IMG/VR virus record: IMGVR_UViG_3300042898_002828 | Direction: 5' to 3' (one strand) | Origin: an uncultured virus (IMG/VR IMGVR_UViG_3300042898_002828) | Taxonomy: Duplodnaviria > Heunggongvirae > Uroviricota > Caudoviricetes > Crassvirales | Length of the DNA stretch: 64,000 nucleotides | Shown here: positions 8,826-23,100 of the stretch, in pieces | Position numbering within the stretch: the first letter of the stretch is position 1 | How the letters are laid out: every line of letters begins with the position of its first letter | Program-made: the position numbers and the translations under genes | The notes under the pieces: generated by a model | The model's database searches: none | The model's input: only the letters and a program-made list of their open reading frames with translations | Told to the model about the DNA's origin: nothing

Positions 8826-10393
8826 GCTCTTTGGATATTTATAGATGCGTTTGTACTTAGGATTGTAATTGCTACTGATATAGCATTCTGTAACGCCACT
8901 CTTGTTACTTTGAATGGGTCTATTACGCCCATTTCAATTAGATTACCGTATTTGCCAGTTTTAAGATTGTATCCTTCGCCTTTAGGCATAGAACTACCGT
9001 ATATAGACATAGCATCAAGGTCGGCATTTTTTAGTATTTGCATTAAAGGAACTTTAATAGCATTCATAATAATAGTTTCAGCTACTGTTTGCTCATTGTT
9101 ATCTCTGACTGTTTTTAAATCTATCTCCCACAATGCTTTTCCTGCTCCGCTTATAATACCTTCTTCTATTGCAGACTTAACAGCCAATACCGCATCTTCA
9201 ACCCGGTCAAATAATTCTTTCTGCTCCATGTCGGTATTACCACCAACATAAATTATACCAATACCACCTATTAATGAAGCTATTCTTTCGTTTATGAAGT
9301 CCTTATTTATTTTTTTATCTGCAAGGTCATGCGCTATTCTTAATTGAGATACTCTTGCGTCAAGCAATTCTTTGTTGCCTCCACCTTCAAGTATTACAGT
9401 TTTATTGGAACTTACAATTACTTTTTTAGCAAATCCTAAACTTTCAAAATTAATCATGCTTAGATTATCCCCTGTTTTTTCAGAGAAATATGTTGCACCT
9501 ACTGAAAGGGCTATATCTTGCATTAATTCATGTTGCTTGAATCCAAAATTAGGAGGTGAAACTATACATGCGCTTATTCTGCCATCTCTTACATTCGCTG
9601 AAAGTGTGTTTATTACATTTTGGCTACACGGTGCAATTATTAATAGTTTTTTTCTCTCAGGTATTATAACTTTTAATACTTCCTCTATTTGAAGAAAATT
9701 AGTTATCTCGGTATCGCAAACTATAATAGATACGTTTTCCATTATACACTCTTCCTTTCCCCAATCATTTATAAATAACGGGGAGCTATACCCTCTTGAA
9801 ACTTTTAGGCCATTAATTATATCGGAGCGTGTTTCACTATCGTATCCTTTCTCGATTGTTATAATACCATCGTTTCCTACACTCTTATAAGCATCGGCAA
9901 TTATTTTACCTATCTCATGGTCGTTATTAGCTGAAATGGTAGCTACATCTAATAGAATTTTATCGGTACAAGTAATAACATCTTTCTTTAAGGTATTAAT
10001 TACTTCCTCAGAAATATCGGCCATATATTTCAGAACATTGGTTCTGTTTAGTTCAGGAGTTATCTTTTCAATAGCCTCAAGTATTAACGCCTCGGAAAGT
10101 ACAATAGCGGTACTCGTGCCATCTCCTGCTAACGTTGCTGTTTTTTCTGCCGCTTCTTTAACGATACGGACGGCCATGTTTTCAACAGGATTAGATAACT
10201 CTATTGAGCGTGCTACCGTTACACCGTCTTTTGTTACAGTTAGTCCATGGGTTTGGTGTACTGTTTCAATAAGCACAGTTCTACCGTATGGGCCTAATGT
10301 ACTTTTTACTGCTGAACTTAATTTTTTAATTCCTTCAACCAAGGAATCACGGCAATCGTCACCGAATAGCAAATCTTTTGTTAGAACTTCCAT
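8822..10393 (-). CDS. groEL: chaperonin GroEL
   Basis: TLGPYGRTV, VTKDGVTVA, AGDGTSTA, ATISANND, GVIDPFKVTRVALQNA. Confidence 0.95.
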   Translation of the reverse strand: MEVLTKDLLFGDDCRDSLVEGIKKLSSAVKSTLGPYGRTVLIETVHQTHGLTVTKDGVTVARSIELSNPVENMAVRIVKEAAEKTATLAGDGTSTAIVLSEALILEAIEKITPELNRTNVLKYMADISEEVINTLKKDVITCTDKILLDVATISANNDHEIGKIIADAYKSVGNDGIITIEKGYDSETRSDIINGLKVSRGYSSPLFINDWGKEECIMENVSIIVCDTEITNFLQIEEVLKVIIPERKKLLIIAPCSQNVINTLSANVRDGRISACIVSPPNFGFKQHELMQDIALSVGATYFSEKTGDNLSMINFESLGFAKKVIVSSNKTVILEGGGNKELLDARVSQLRIAHDLADKKINKDFINERIASLIGGIGIIYVGGNTDMEQKELFDRVEDAVLAVKSAIEEGIISGAGKALWEIDLKTVRDNNEQTVAETIIMNAIKVPLMQILKNADLDAMSIYGSSMPKGEGYNLKTGKYGNLIEMGVIDPFKVTRVALQNAISVAITILSTNASINIQRA

Positions 10394-10413
10394 TAAATTT
10401 TATTGAATTTTGA

Positions 10414-11181
10414 TTATGCAAAAATACCCAAAAGATTTAATATTTCTTCTGGTGTATATTTTATTTCAGGTTTACCATAGTGGTTAATTTCTTTTATTTC
10501 TCCCGATTTTAGTTTTTCTATTATTTCCGGCATGTCCATTTTTAATTTTACATCTCGGTTTATATGTGTAGATAAGAATTTCTTACCCCTATATAAAGTA
10601 GGCGGCCCCCATTTGTTATCAAAATCATTTTTTAAGTGAATAACAAAGTATTGGTATTCATTCACAGAAAAACGTGTAAGCATCATAGGTGTATCCAAAT
10701 CCGAATTGGAAGCATCTATTACTTCTATTGGTTCTGATGTGTAGTAGCGCTCTTTAAATCGTTCGTGGATTTTATCGTTTACGCCAAGTATTTTCTCTTC
10801 TCCAGTTATCCCGTGTTTATCTACCAGAATCTTGTTTCCTATATTAAAACTTCGGCAAAGCCCATTGACGGTTGTATGTTTAGATATGTAATGAAATGTA
10901 TTTACGGTGCGTATTATTTTTTCTCCATCAAATTCATATCTCTCTTCGGGTTCTCTATACCAATAATTGATATCATACCAACTTACATCAACATATCTTT
11001 TTAATCCTGCGCTTCTAAGACATTGGCTAAAAGCATATACTTTAGCTCCAGCTACAATTACTTTAGGTTTTTTAGGGCCTATTGCCTTGCCTCTACCAAA
11101 TTCTTTAGTTTTGCTGAAGCGTTTTTTTGACCGCCATACTTTTTTGCCTTTAAAATTAAGTTCACCCCTTACTCTTGGCAT
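10414..11181 (-). CDS. hypothetical protein with basic N-terminus
   Basis: 255-aa ORF in operon; no motif recognised. Confidence 0.55.
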   Translation of the reverse strand: MPRVRGELNFKGKKVWRSKKRFSKTKEFGRGKAIGPKKPKVIVAGAKVYAFSQCLRSAGLKRYVDVSWYDINYWYREPEERYEFDGEKIIRTVNTFHYISKHTTVNGLCRSFNIGNKILVDKHGITGEEKILGVNDKIHERFKERYYTSEPIEVIDASNSDLDTPMMLTRFSVNEYQYFVIHLKNDFDNKWGPPTLYRGKKFLSTHINRDVKLKMDMPEIIEKLKSGEIKEINHYGKPEIKYTPEEILNLLGIFA

Positions 11182-11182
11182 A

Positions 11183-14100
11183 TTATAATCCCTTTACTTC
11201 TTGAACTTCTTTTAATTCTTTTAGTTCTTTTATTGGACGATTAGATAAAGGCTTTGTTTTTTTATCATATACGTTTACTCCACCACCAAAAAAAGCATAA
11301 AAAGCTAATAGTCCGTCTAGCGCTGTGGGGTCATCTTGCAATAAATCTTTAACGGTATCCCAATAGATTGGATAAGAATTTTTCTTTAACTCTTCGGTAA
11401 TACTATATGGATTTCCCCATTGATCCACGGTCACTCCATTTTTCTCATGTGTAGTTAGAAATTTTTGAATCATAGATGCCGATGGTGCAAGTTTATTGGT
11501 TGCCTGTTCTCCTATTAATCCCAGTCTAGTAGGTGCTCTATAGGGCGTTCCAAGTTTAACCACTTCACCACTGCCTTTCAATATTGAGCCAGCTATCATT
11601 CTTGCAAGAAATACTATTTGCTGTATTCTTCCGCCCCAAGGGTCAACTCGCGTATTGCCTATTTTAATTTTACCAAAATCAGAACTTGTAGGGTCGGTTT
11701 CAACTCCTGTTTCATCATCATCGTCATCATTGTAATACATTGCCGCAGCAATAACTAATCCCATTGTTAATCCTATAAATTTAGAATAATCTAACAGTGC
11801 TATTTTATTTGCTATTGAAACACCTGGAGTGCCTGATTTATTTCTCCATTTATATAGTTGTCTTGGGAATAAAATAGTTTGTTTTAATGCACTTGCCCAG
11901 TTTCTAGGAGAAAAGAATACCTTAGTTAATGTTGGTGCTATCTGCTCTAATGGACCAATAGATGCTCTACCTGTAAAAGTATTAACAACATCTGCCAAAT
12001 CTTTAAATGCTTGCGGGTCGTTCTCAAATCTAATACCCCTTTCGTGTAGCATTTCCCTTCCGTCTAAAAACTTTAATACTCTCATTGTATCAAGGTACCC
12101 AACTGCCGCTCTTTCAAATGCCTTGAATGGGCTTTTGCGTTTCCAATTATCATAGGCAGATTTACTTTTAAGTTTTAATGCTGAACCTAAAATATTCCAA
12201 ACAAAGTTTGCTGCATCCGACAAAAATAACTCTTCTCTTGCAGTAGCCTCTCCTCGTGGTTCCGAAATAGAGAGTTTGCTTTGTCTCATCTCTGGATACC
12301 ACTCTTGAGACTTAATCATATTTAACCAATTTTCTGTCCTAGATTCACTACCAAAAAACTTCATAGCAGTCATAAATGATTTTAATGCGTATGTAGGATT
12401 AGATATTGATAGCACTAAACCTTGTATTCCCACAAATGAAAATTCACCGGTTGCTCTTAATAACCTTGTTAATCCCCATGCGTTCCATAAGGCGTCTATT
12501 GTTTTTTCAGCTTTGGTTCTATTGTTTAGTTTAGCTTTATAGATTTCTTTGTCGTATTCTTCGCGTAACCTTAACTTCTCGGCTTGCAAATTCAATAACT
12601 CAGAATCTTTTATTAATGGAGATTTCTCTTTTTTAGTAAAATCTTTTTCTTTTAATCTTCTCCTTAAATCGTTGATAGCACGCTGGCTTGCTTTTTTGGT
12701 TGCGTCTAATCTTTTTGCTTGTAAAAACGACTCATCCTTAAATATCTCATCGTGCTTGATTTTAAGTTTATCTCTTTTTTCTTTTAGATTAGTTAATTCA
12801 GCATCTTCAGCCATAGACCTTTTACTTAATGGAACTCTCATTCCTTTGTCTATTTCTCTTTGCAAGTCCTCTATCTGATTGGTGATTCTTTGCTTTGTGG
12901 CATCAAGAGCTGTTTTTTGTTGTTTAGCCTCTAATTCTGCATCTATAGGAAGTTCTTTCATTAACTCCCTTAATTCTTTATTTAATGCTCTTTCTTGAGC
13001 ATCTAACTTATCTCGCTGTAATCCGCTTCTAAGTGGTCGTTTCTTGTTATTTACATCTTCAAGTGCTGAAACAATTCTACCAATACGTTTTATTTTTCTA
13101 ATTGATGCGAGTATTTCATCTTTACTTAAATTTTTTATTTTTCCGTATTGTGTTATAGCATCTCGGATTTCCCTATCTGTAATATCAGGATACTCTTCTT
13201 TTATTACATCTTTAACTCCTTCAACTACTTCTTCTATAGTAGTAGCACCTTCTTCTACTAATCTCCTTATAAGCCCATTTGGTATCTTAATTGCTATTCC
13301 TGGTATTGTTTCCTTATTAACCCAAAACTCTGAAAATTGCTTTTCTGCTTCTTTTTTATCTGAATCAGACAAAGACTTGTACCAATCACTTTTTACAATA
13401 TGCTCTAATCCTTTAGCTATAGCCTCGGCACTTCTACCTGTTACTTTAATTGTACCCGCAACTATCTTAACAGCGCCATCCCAAACCAATGATGCAGGTG
13501 TGGCTGACAAGAACATACCGGGTCGATTCAACTGAGCTTCCTTTACTCTTGATACTATCCAATCTGTTTCTGTTCTTATCTTACTTGATACAGTAACCTT
13601 TTGTTTAGGTGTTCGTGCTGCGGCTTCTTGAATATTTTTTATTGCTAATTCACCTTCGGCTTTAATAGCACGTTCTTCTGCTTCTGCAAGTTTTTGCTTT
13701 ACTTCTTTATATTGAGCATCAAGTTCTCTGAATTTCTCTTCTACCTCTTCGGATATTTGACCATTATTTGCGTCTCTATATTCTTGAATTTTATTTTCTA
13801 CATTGTATCCAATATCTGAGTTTTGATATATGTCTGCCAATGCCGATGAAAAACGACCTCCACTTAATGCTTTCCTGCTAAATTCATTAAATAATCCAGC
13901 TTGCTCTTTTTCTAATTCAGCTAACTTAGTAGAGTCTTTTTCTTTAGATATTTTTCTATCTAATCTTTCAAGTATTTCGTTCCAAACGTATGCACCTGCG
14001 GCATCTGAAACGTCATTATTTCTAACGGCCTCTAATGCTGTTTCTACACCTACGGTATTTACAAATTCAATTGCTCTTTCTTTGGCTTCTTGTTGGTTTT

Positions 14101-17100
14101 CTACATCTCTTGTTAGGCCTAGTTTTTCAAGTTCACGTTTTACCCCTGCCCTAACATTTCCTTCATATACTCTTGAAGTTGCTATTGTTTTTTTGACCTC
14201 TTCTGTAGTTTCATCTACAACAGTAGTGGCTTTTTTGTATATTTTGTCAAACTGAGTAACTGCTAACTTTTCATTCAAATCAACACCAGGCAATTCGTCT
14301 TTAAACCTTTCAATAAATTCTTTTGCAGTAATAATACCATCGGCAATGTATGATTTAATCAATTCTACGAACTCAGGTAAGGCTTGGAATCCTCCTGATG
14401 ACATATTCTTTGACTTTTCAATAAATGCTTTCTTGGCAGCCTCTATTCGTTGTTTAGATTGTTCTTTTGGTGTTAATCCTTTAAATAATGGTATTCCACT
14501 TTCAACTGACTCTTTTAATTCGGGTGTTATGTCTATGGAGTATTGGGTGGATTCAGAATATTCGCCAACATTACTTCCTGTATCTTCAGTAGCATCTCTA
14601 AATTCTCGCAGTGCATCTTCTTTAGATTTCGTGTCAAAACTCATTTGGAATCCGCTTGGCGTTTCAATAATCCAATCGCCTTTTTTTAAGTAATCCCTAC
14701 CCATCATTCCAGAAACATCTTGCGTTCCGTCATATTGGTATGCTTTAAGTTTTTCGTTTTTACCTTTATTTATTTCAATAGTCTTCGGACTTTGCCCCGT
14801 TAATGACCTTGCAACTTCGCCAACGATTCCGAGTTTACCTTCTGTTGGTGAACCGTAAAAACCTTTCATTCCTTTGCCGCCGACTTTAAGACCTTCTCCT
14901 TCTAATCTTAAATCACCCTTTTTATCTGCTTTTACTTTTTCTGCTATATCCTTGCCAAACATATTTTCTATGTCTTTTAAAGATGTAGTACCATTATCGT
15001 CAAAAGCAATTCTTTTTGAATTTAAGTCTAATGCTTCATACTTATATCTATCTTCTCCTACTTTTATAAAATCAACTCTCTTTACACTCTTACTCAAGTC
15101 ATACCTGTCGTTCTGTTGTTCTCCTGTTGTCCATGCAATCTTATCAGCCCCTTGTTTAATCGCTTCTTTAAGTGCTACTTTTAAACCTAATTTAGTCCAA
15201 GCGTTTGTGTCCATTACAAATGGGGCAGATGGTATTGCGGATATTGTTTTTTTATCTGCACCTTCAAATATTTTGGACTCTAAAATAGCGTTGGTAGCTT
15301 CCTTTCGTGTCCTATACTCTCCAATTTTTGTTTCAACACCTTGTTCAGTTAATTGTACTGCCTCATATTTGTTTTTACCTATGTTTGTAACCCTACCTAA
15401 TGCTCTTGATATATTTGAGTTAGGTTCACTTGCTGATATTGATACACTATCCCAAAAATCTTCTTCTTCAATTTTTAAGTTCGGCAAATCTTTTACTTTA
15501 ACCTCTTTTGGTTTTTCATTTGTAGCAAACCCTTCTTTCTTACCTGTCTGTCCCCAATCGCTTTGTACTTCTTCAAGGAATAATACCTTATTACCCTGTG
15601 CATCTGTGCGGGTATTCATTCTTAAATGAACAAGGATATTTGGTTCGTCAAAGTGTGAAGAGCTAAAAGAACCTATTGTGTTTGCCTTTGTTGACATTCC
15701 TATCGTATCAATTGGCTTTATAAATTTGCTTCTTTTTTCAATATATTCTTTAGCTGCTTTTTTTGATTTTGTTATTTCTACAATATCATCAAAGGCAATT
15801 TTTTTCAATATGTCGTCATTTCTTTCATCTACGTATTGAATGTACACATAGTCCAAATCGTCTTCGGCAGTAATATCATTAAACCTTTTGTTGTTTGCGT
15901 AAAATTCATTCAACTCACGAATGCTATTTACATAATCCGCAAGTGTTTTTTTATCTTTTTCATTTATTGTTTTTTCTCTTTCGGTAACAGGCAACGTAAC
16001 AAATACCTCTTTGTAGTTTTCTTTTTGTCCTTCAAGTTGGTATTGAACAAACTTAGTGTCACCTGTTCCTAAATAATCTCTATCTCCATTTTCATTAGCC
16101 CAAGTAATCATCTCGGACCGTGACATATCAGATATTTCTTCGGGGTCTGCACCCATCTCATTTATTAAATGATTCTCAAGTCTAACATCTGTCCACCCTC
16201 TAAATGCACCTTCCGAAGCATCTATTTTTGTAACCTCGACTATTTCAATACGATTGGTTTTAAAATAATCAAGTAAATTATTCTTAGTGATAATATTATC
16301 GGAATTTTCGGTTAAATAATCAGCAACTCCCGTCCACTTAAGTTCATCGCTTTCGGTTTCGCCTTGAAGTCTTTTTAGCCAATCTCTTCCTGTGGCTTTG
16401 TCAAGTTTAGATTTAACGATACCGTCTTCTAATGGTGAATAAAATCCGTTAATTAATTCGGCAGTCGGCTTAGAATTATCTACTTCAACTTCTACTTCTT
16501 TACCATTAAGGGTAACTTTGTATTTGTCGTTTAGGTGTTTAGCAAATAATCCTTTGTTCCAATTTTTACCTACCTTAGAATCCACCCATTGAATTGCTTT
16601 GTTAATAGCATTACCAAGTTTAGATCCTTTTTCTACTTCTCTTGCTGCTATTTCTAATGCACCGTTGTAAATAGTTTTAGTAATACCAAAATCTAAATGT
16701 ACGCCTAATCCGCTAAGTTTCTTAGACCTTATTTTTGCGGCTAACTCTTTTATTTTCTGCTCTGAGAGTTCTTTTTGCTTACTTATTGGTAATTCTTTTA
16801 CTAAATTATCCTCTATGAACCCTACTACGGATTTAGCATCTGCAACACTATTAAATTCGCCGACTATTTTGCCATCAGCGTATAATAAGTATGTTTTGTA
16901 TTTTTTGCCATCTTTGTTTTTTCTAATAAGTCCATCTACTATTCTTACGTCAATACCATTTATATTTTTTGAAGCGTAAGGTTGGCTATAATTAAACACA
17001 TTTTGCCTAATATCTTGTGCCTCGCGAAATACGCCATTATCATCTAGGTATCCTTGTCCAAATATTATTTTACCCTTTGGAGCACGTTTGCTTATTATTT

Positions 17101-20100
17101 CTTTTTTAAGGTCTTTGGCTTCTTGTTCGTTTAATAACTTGCCTTCAACGCCTTGTTTTTTTATAGTAACATTAGTATCTTTAATAATAGCGGCTAAATT
17201 GCTTGAAATCTCGCTTTCAGTAACTTTATTTTGTTGCTTTTCTGAATCAAGCGGCTCAACTCTTTCTCTTGCCTTGCCGATTCCTTCAACAAGTAATTTG
17301 TTTCTGATCTTGTCAATTGTTCCGAACCTGAGAAGGTCGTTTGCTTGCGAGCTTGTAAGTTTTTCTGATGATTCTGCAATTCCATATTCTTTTAAAAAAG
17401 TGTTTATATTAGATTTTCCAAATTTAGCATTAATTTTTTTTACTTCCAAGTCTGTAATACCTATTTTACCTCCACCCCTTCCAACTGCAATAGCCGTAGA
17501 CCCAACAACAATACCTCCATTGTCTTCAATATAGTTTTTTAAATTATTTAAAGTGCTTCCGCTTGTGGCAACATCATCTACAAGGAAATATTTTAAACCT
17601 TTTTGTATTTTACCCAAAAACTCTGGCGGCGAAGTCATTCTTGCTAGCTTTGACTTACCGGTATGCTTTGGCTTGTTTGATTGATAAATATCTAAATCTA
17701 TTTTATTCCCAAATATTTCTGACATTATTTTTGCCATTGCTAACGGTATTGCATTTACTCCATCTTGCTCAATAGCCCTTACTGGTACTATTATAGCTGT
17801 AGGATTTTCTTTAAGAGGAAATAGCTTTTCTGGCTTTATTAAATCTACTGATAATAAATATGCTAATTTAACATTACCTGACTTAGCTTTTTTATAGTGA
17901 GGATGCCCTTTTAGTGTTTGAATATTAGTATGTAATAAAACTTTATTTATTGCATTCGCATCTATTATTTCTACATTTGGCTCACTAACAGAGTTAGTGC
18001 CATACTCTGTTTGAGTTTCTTCGAGCATACCTTCCTCTCCGAGCGACCTATAATATCCTACAACATCCGAACCGTTACTATCAGTTATGATATGGTCAAG
18101 AACATTTACGGACATCTTTTTTAGAAAATCTGACACTTCCCTTGCTTCAGATTCTCTTTGTTGGTTTCCGTAAAATATTACAGATGTGCCTATGCCTGAT
18201 TTGCCTATAAAATCTACACATTCTTGATATGTAATTTTATCTTTAAATACATAATTACCAATAATATCATTGTTCTGGCTTAATAATAACATAGCATTTT
18301 TAGGCATTGCAGTAAATCGCAATTGCTGTATAAATTCTGCTGCTGTTTTAGATGATGTTACTTTTGTTTGCGGAATGCTAATAACTTTTTGTTCGTTAAA
18401 AACATGAACAGTTAAATTGGAGTTATCCTCTAAATCCTTATTTCTATCTTCAACGGTAAAATCCGCATCTTTGTCTAATAGTACATATTTATTAGAATAT
18501 GTATCCATTATAACGTGCTCTAAGTCTATATCTAATTTCCCTAAAGCAGACTGTAGGGTTTGTGTTATAGATATATCGGGTTTAGATGGCACCAATGCCC
18601 CCGATGGGTGATTATGGACTAAATATACCTTTTTTGACTTAAATTTAGCTAATCCAGCAAGGACTAATTTAGAGTCAATAACAGTTCCTGTAGTTCCACC
18701 AACACTTAAATATTGTATATGGGAATTTCCTTTTGCATCAACGTGAACTGCAAATCCATGTTCAACATTTTTATTTTCAAGCAATCGCATAATATGGGCA
18801 ACATCTTCTGCGTTTCTTACTTTTGTTGTGCCTGTAAATTGAAGGTCTTTGGTTTTATTCCAAACGCCAATTATTGAACGACTATAACCTTGTGAGTTAT
18901 CTTCTTCCCGTTGTAAGTCTCCTTTTGTTGGGTAGTTGTCATTACCCGATTCTGATAAGAAGGGTAAGTCTTTGTTGGGTGTAAGGATGTAGTTGCTTTC
19001 ATTTTCTTTAATATTTTCTATTTCTTGTTGTCCAGTCTTTTCTTCTTGGCCAATTGGAGTGCTATCTCCATTTTTAGTAACTGCTCCTTTGAGTAAATTT
19101 TCTGTGTTTTCATTTTTATTTGATTCTAATTGTTGTACTTCATTGTCATTTGCTATTGCATCCCAATCTGTAATACCGTTTACGGTATATTTTTCAATAT
19201 TTTTATCAAGTTCGGCTAATTCCGTTTCGCTTAATTCGTCTACTATTGCACGTTCCTGTTCCCCTATTTGCTCAATAATCCATTCTCTGTTTGGAAAATT
19301 TTCGTTTCCTACAACTTCTAATAATTCGTTGTATGACCAGTTTATAGGGTCATCTAAATCTTTTGCCTCACCTACTAAATGTGTTTTTATTTCATCGTAA
19401 ACGCTCTGTTTGCCTCCTTGAAGTATTTCGGAAACCATAGTATTGAAATCGCCTTGGTCGAAATCTTCAAGCTGCAATTCATCCATTATGTTTTCGTACA
19501 GTTGGCTATACGTTCTACCATTTTTAGATATAAAGCCAAATAAATCTTCTGCGGCGTACCCTGTTTGACTTAATGCCCCATCTTGTTGTTTTGTGCCGTA
19601 CAAAACTTTACCACCCGTTGCAAAATACCTTAGTATCAATGTTCGAGGTGTTAATACATCTAAGTTACTGTATTTTTTAATAGTATTCGCTAAAACTCCA
19701 ATACCTTTTTTCTTTATTTCAGAGTGTTTTTTAGTAGTTACTGCACCTTGCTTAGTCTTTATTTCATACTCAAAGGAATTACCAACTTTACTTACGCTTA
19801 TTACAGTTCCTTGGCCTCTTTTACCATTTACATCTTTCCATATTACATCTTCTCCTTTATTTGCCCTTGGATTAGTTACAGGCTTTTCTTTAACCTTCTC
19901 TGCGGCAGTTTCTACTACCGCAGATTTAGGTTTTCCTTTTAACACATCGGCTTTCTTGGCTTTGGCTTTGGCTTTGGTTTCGGCTTCATTTTGTTTATTA
20001 ATTAGTGTGTTTAACTTTTTTTGTAAATCAAAAATAGCAGTATCTGCAATTTTCTGTAAAATTTGGCTTTTACCTTCTTTACCTTTTTTGATAGTTTCTA

Positions 20101-23100
20101 TCTTGTCTTGTAAAGAAGATATTTTAATTTGTAACTCAGTTGGTTTTACTTCCTCTTTAGTTTTACTTTCAGGGACGTTGACATCTTCCCCTCCTTTTTC
20201 TCGTTGGCCTTGTACTTTGCCGGGGACATTTTCATTTCCTTGCGTTCCTCTTTTTTGGATTCCATTTTCATTTTCTGTTTCATTATTTTGTTTTTTAATT
20301 GGTTTTGGATATATAATTTTAGATTCATCTAATACCACTATTTCATCTCCGTATGTCCTACTACCTTTGTCAACAATAGCATCATAGCCTAATTTTTTTG
20401 CAGCATCTGATATATGTTTTGATGGTATTTCATCTATTTCTGATAAATTTTCAGGGTCATACCTAAAATATGTATCATCTTCACCTAGCGTTAAATTATT
20501 CTTTTTACCGTATTCTTCATCAGCTAACCTTATAGCTTCCGATTCGACTTCGTTCCAATTTTTAGTATTTGTATATACTGGATTAGATAAATTTAATTCT
20601 AATTCCATTACATTATCACCAAACTCTCCTTCTACTGTTTTTTTATCCGAAGCTAAGTATATTCCTGTTCCAAATTGAGGAGCATTAGAAACTTTTAATT
20701 TACCTTCTATTTTAGATGGTGTTGCGTGGTAGAATTTAGTTTTGTTATCAATACTAAAAGGTTTTACTTCTTCTTTGGGTGTTTCTTTGAGGGATTGTTC
20801 TGTTGCTTTTGTAATGCCTGGCCCAGCAATATCATATTCGCCCAATACGGTATGTACAACTTCCTTATAACGCTCTTCTCCATTAAAATACCTTTCTGCT
20901 ATTGTAGAATAAAATTCTTCAATATTATTTTCAACATTAGCATAATTAATGCTAGATAATTTTTCTGTTAACGCTTTTACTTTATCTTCTTTTGTTTTTA
21001 GATTGTTAGTTAAATCTTCAACTATTACTTTACCGTTGTCTATTGTTTTAACTGCTTTCACATCTCCCCCTACACCAACACTACCTGCTATTTCTTTGGT
21101 TTTACCTTGTTCGGAAGTTTCTTGGGTGTCTCCTTCTCCCATTTCTTGCAATCCCATTTCGGGCTGTTGATTGCGTAACACGCTTTCCTCTGTTGTTTGC
21201 TCTTGAATGGCATCTTTTTTATTTTTAAATTGTTTAGATATTTCGGTTGCTAAATCAGCATCCTTATTTGTAATTACTTGTCCTTCTTTATTTCTTAAAG
21301 TAACCGATACTACATCTCCGTTGTCGTTTTTATTAGTAGAGAGTATATTGAATAATTCATCATCAATTTTGACGTTATTTCCTTTTACTTCAATTTTTGG
21401 GAGGGCAATAGCGTTTGCCATTTCATCTCCCTGGAGTTCTATTATTTTATTAGGTGTTTCAAATGTAAGTTTTCCGCCTTCGTCCTTTACTATTACGCCT
21501 TCTTCTCCTTGAAAAGAAACCTTTTTATCAATTAAATCTGCTACTGGAGTTTGGTCCTTAACTTCATTGGTTATTTTATCAAGACTTACTTTTAATTCAT
21601 TTATAGCAAACTTGTCTGCTTCGGTTTGGTTTACTTTTCCGTCTGTTTTGTTTTTTAGGTCTCTTAGTTTTTTAGCAATAGGTAATGCCCTTTTTATTTG
21701 TTCGGGTGTCATACCTTCTGTGTTAATGCTATTTAAAACACCTACTGATTCACGTGTATCATTTAACTGTTCTTCTGCTTCTATCGGGGTTAATTCACCT
21801 AAATTAACTTTGTTTTGCAAGTCCGTTTCAATCGCAGTTATTACATTTGCATCGTTACCCAAGTTTTTTAACACTTCGATTTGACCGTCTGTAACTTCAC
21901 TATAATTGTTAGTTTTCTTTGCTTTACTAAATGCTGATGGTGTACTTAAAATAAATCCACCAATTGCTTCTTGTAATCCTGCTTTTAATACTTGTTTTGC
22001 TCCTTCACCGAATGTATTAGGCGCTTGGAACATATCTTTACCTTTGGCGGCATTATAAATATCTTTAGTGGTTATATCAAGTAATTCTTGACTTGCACCC
22101 GTTTCAAACTCTGCTAATCCACCCGCACCTATTTTAATCGCACCTTTGGCTATTCTACTTTCAATATCTTGTTCGATAAATTCTTTAAACGTTTTAGTGG
22201 TCGTGCTTTTAGTTGATTTTCCTATTGCACTTGCCACTAAATCATTCAATAGCCCTTTTGTTCCTATCGCATTTCTAAAACCATAAGTTTCTAAAACCGC
22301 ACCTCCTACCATCATAGGAACTTTTAAAAATAACTTTTCGTTCTCGGATATGTTCTTAAAGTTAGGGTCTGAATCCATTTGAACATCTAAGTCATCAGAT
22401 ATTTGTGCTGCCATTATTAAAGGCATAGCTTCTGCCGCTAACATCGCTGGTAACGACTTAACTAATCCACCTACTGCACCTTCTATAAATCCTACGTTTG
22501 CCGCATATTCTTTAGTTGTGCTTTCTGATTTGGCGAAGTCTAACGATTCTCTTAATATCGGTTGAATCCATTTCTTAGCCGCCTTCTTTTCAGAATCGGT
22601 CATATTACTCGGAGCAAAGGCATCAATCATTAATCCTGCCGTTCCCGATGCTGCACTTGTCAATCCGTCCATTAATTGATTCCAAAGGTATTCAGACGTT
22701 TCCCCTTGTGAAGATTTCATAGTAACGTATTTACCTACTGAACTTGATAGGTCTTTTTTACTGCCTTCAATTAATGTTTGTTTCTTTTGTAGTTCGGCTA
22801 ACTTAGTATTGTATTCTTGTGTACCTTTTGGTGTTTTATAAAGGTCTTGAACGGATTTAGTAAACTCGTTTTGGTCTTGCTGTATCTTTAAAAATGATGC
22901 TTCAATTTCCTTTTGGTCTACAAATGTTTTATTGTAGTTTTCTTGATTTGTAATAGACTTCGCAAGTTTATCGTATTGACCTCCATTATCTTTTAAGAAC
23001 TTTTGTAAATCCCTATCGGCTGACCTACCAAGACTTATAGTTGTTCTTTTGCCATTAGGTGCAGTTACACTTACTGCATCCCCTAATCCTGTTTCCTCAA

